A DNA stretch of 64,000 nt from Raillietiella orientalis (lineage: Eukaryota): contig JAYWIR010000007.1 in the NCBI GenBank assembly GCA_036172245.1, positions 1,860,001 through 1,924,000 on the forward strand. Direction: 5' to 3'. Position numbers and translations under genes: made by a program. Shown one piece after another: positions 61,365-64,000 of the stretch. Below the pieces are notes generated by a model. The model saw only the letters and a list, made by a program, of their open reading frames with translations. It was not told the origin of the DNA and searched no databases. Each line of letters begins with the position of its first letter. Within the stretch, counting starts at the first letter, position 1.

Positions 61365-64000
61365 CTCAGACCGCTCGAGATCCTTCCTGCCGGAGACGCT
61401 GATGGTCCTCCAACGCACGAGGAAACCCCGCCCCCTCGCGCACCCCCCGATGAAAGGCCCGCGGTGCTTCCCGACTTTCAAAACCTTGTGGCCCTGGACC
61501 GATTCTCCAGTTCCGGTACGCCGCGGCCGCCGAAGACGCCGGCCGCCCTCTTCCTCCCTCCTCCCCTGCTGCCCTCGGGCGGTCGCGCGCGCACGCGCGC
61601 GCCGGAACCGAGGACGACGGCGGCGAGCGTGAAAGCGGTGCGCGCGGCCTCTTGCGTGGTGTCGCGAGGGCAGGGAGGCAGCCGCTGATTGCGCCACAGC
61701 GGCGGAAGCGGCGACCTGTCGAACGGCTAACCGTTGCGGGGGCGGCGGCTACCCTCACCCCCGGCTCTGCCCCTGCAATCGCGAGAGCGCTCAGCGGCGA
61801 AGAGCGAGGGAGAGACGGGAGGTCTGCTGCCGCCTGCACCTACTTCATGCCCCGCGCCCCTCGCCTAGTCCCGCAGGATGGCAAAGAAGGAAGTGAGGGA
61901 AGGGGGCAGGAGCAGCAGCACCTCCCGTGGTGGGGACGAGCGCGACCGGGCGCTTCCTCCCGAGCCCCCACTCTCCTAGCCGGGAGACGCCCGCAGCTTC
62001 GGCAGCACGTCCGAACCCTTCTTCGACCCTCCTCCCCTTTCTCCCCGCGTCAGCGTTCACAAAGAAGGGAGGAGGAGGGAGTTCCCCCTGCCAGGGGCGG
62101 CGACCCCGTTCAGTGCTCGCGGCAGGCACCTCGGAAACAGCGTCCGTCCAAGCGCGCTATTGCCTCCCCGGGGACTTCTCTCTCGCCCCTTCGGGGGCAA
62201 AACGGAGAGACACCGCACCCTGGCAGGACCAGGCGGCTCCCTGCTTCCCGGAGACGCCGCGAGAGGGCAGCTTCCACCTCTCCTTCCCCTCCCCCGTGAC
62301 TCCCAAGCGACTACCGCCTCGTCCGCCGCGCACCCTAGAAGTCTCGGCCCAGCCTCCAGCGTTTCCGGCTTCCCCAGAAGGGGTCACCCCCCCGCCTCTC
62401 CTGGAGGTCAGCGGGGCAAGCTCCCCGCCGGATCGCACGATCCGCCAACCAGAGGGCCGCCGAACGCGCCGCCGGGCAGAGTAGCTCCTGGGAGGAGCTG
62501 CGACCTGCCCCCTCGACTCCCCCGGGCGCCTCCGGCTGCCCCGCGAGGGTCGGCGGCGAGGGGATGGAAGGGCTTCCCCGCAGATAGGGACGAGTCGCCG
62601 GCAGCCTCGCTGTCGCTCGCGGCAAGGCTGCTGACCCTCGCGTGAAAGGATCGCCCCCCGGACAGAGATCCTGTTGCAGCGGCTCCTCCCCCGGTAACGT
62701 CTCTATGAGAACGCGATCCACGAGAGCGACAAACAGGGGAGCAAAGAAGCCCGCTCTCGGCGGCGGCGGAAGTGCCCTCGTTGCCGTGGTTATCCGAGGG
62801 CAGGAGCACCTGCGCGCGAGGCTTGTTCATGGAAACGGAGGGGTGGAAGCGGGGTGGGGGGAGATCGTCCGGCGTGGGCGAAGCGACACCGACGGAGCGC
62901 GGGCACAGACACTCCTCGCTGCATCCTCGACCCGCCTCGTATCCGGGGCGACGGCGGGTGGTGGCAGGTCCGCTGAGCCGAGAGAGAAGGAGGGGATGCG
63001 GGCGAGTGCCCCATTCCACCTCTCCCCACACCTTCCATCCCGCGCGCGCGTACTCCACGCCGCCTGGCCACCGACCCTCCCGGAGACGCGCGCGCGACCA
63101 CGGCGATGCCCCATCCGTCCTCAGGAGGGGGTCGTAGGCACACCCCTAGGGGGATCACCTACTTAACGGAGGGAGGGGAGTTGAGACCTTAGGCCGACCT
63201 CCGCCTGCTCTTCCGGGTGGTGGCGGCCTAGACAGGGAGGAACAGTGGTGGCGTCGATGGGCTCCTAGGGGACGGCCCCACGATGGCAGCGGCAAACAGC
63301 CGGCCACTCCCTCTTCCCTCCCTCCATCCAGAGATAGCCCTTCGGCGCAATCGTCAGGGAGCCTCCGGCCCGGCTTCCTCCCACGGGAGGAGGAGAAAGA
63401 TGGCGTGGGAGGCTGTGGCCCAGAGGTGTCCAAGCCCTGCCTCGCCCCCCGGCGACAGAGCCGCGAAGCGCTACCTGGGACTTGCCGGGTCCACTGCGAT
63501 GCTGCCGTTTCCTCCTCCCTCCCCGCGTGGGCGGCGCGGCGCGGGAGACTTGGCACCCCGAGCAGTTGAGAAGCAGAGGGACCCGGGCAGCGTCCACTGC
63601 CCCGCGGCGTCCCCCTGCTGGGGGCGGAGACCCAGTCCAATGCTCTCGGTGAGCACTCCAGGAAGCAGTGCCCTCCTGAGCGCGCGGTTGCCTCCTTGGG
63701 AGGTCTTTTCGCAGATTTCTTTGGGGGCAAAGCGAAGAGCCACCGCCGCGCGTCTCACACCGGTTCCCCTAGGAGTGGCTCCCTCCTTCCCCCTCCCGAG
63801 AACAACCACCACTCTCACTGCCTCCGTCGTCGCCATGCCGACCAGCCTCTCGGAAGCTGGAGCGAAGGGCGGGAAAAGTCCGCACCCGTGAGCGGGGATC
63901 ACCTCCTTCCCGTCTTTTTTTCATCCCCTAGCTGATAGGCGACCGGGAGTGAACCCTCGGGACCGAATCTGAGGGGCGGGAGGTCGCGCCTCCTGAGCAG

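Noticed and set aside
59000..64000. Many 150-370 aa ORFs in the very GC-rich right end
   Set aside because: Arg/Pro/Gly-rich low-complexity frames on both strands, with no family motif or consistent splice model.

Overview
Eukaryotic, almost certainly arthropod, genomic DNA; the exact taxon cannot be determined from the sequence. (1) 1-4410 is a cluster of decayed L1/Tx1-like LINE pieces on both strands. One minus-strand element has its reverse-transcriptase region split by a 773-bp intronless Drosha RNase III fragment, antisense to the LINE and bounded by a 5-bp TCATC direct repeat. Removing the insert restores the RT reading frame. (2) About 6.2-40.3 kb is a plus-strand multi-exon ensconsin/MAP7 gene with 14 well-supported coding exons (28502-39965), a GC-AG intron and several candidate upstream exons. 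(3) A ~695-bp, nearly identical inverted repeat (33890-34584 / 45222-45916) brackets almost the whole MAP7 coding core. (4) 54199-58471 is a 5-exon secreted precursor resembling insect prohormone-2 / NVP-like neuropeptide precursors, followed by a ~110-bp repeat with a CTCF-like motif. Faint Tc1/mariner relics and microsatellites are also present. Most ORFs in the supplied track look like spurious GC-rich frames. All homology calls come from motif recognition, not from database searches.
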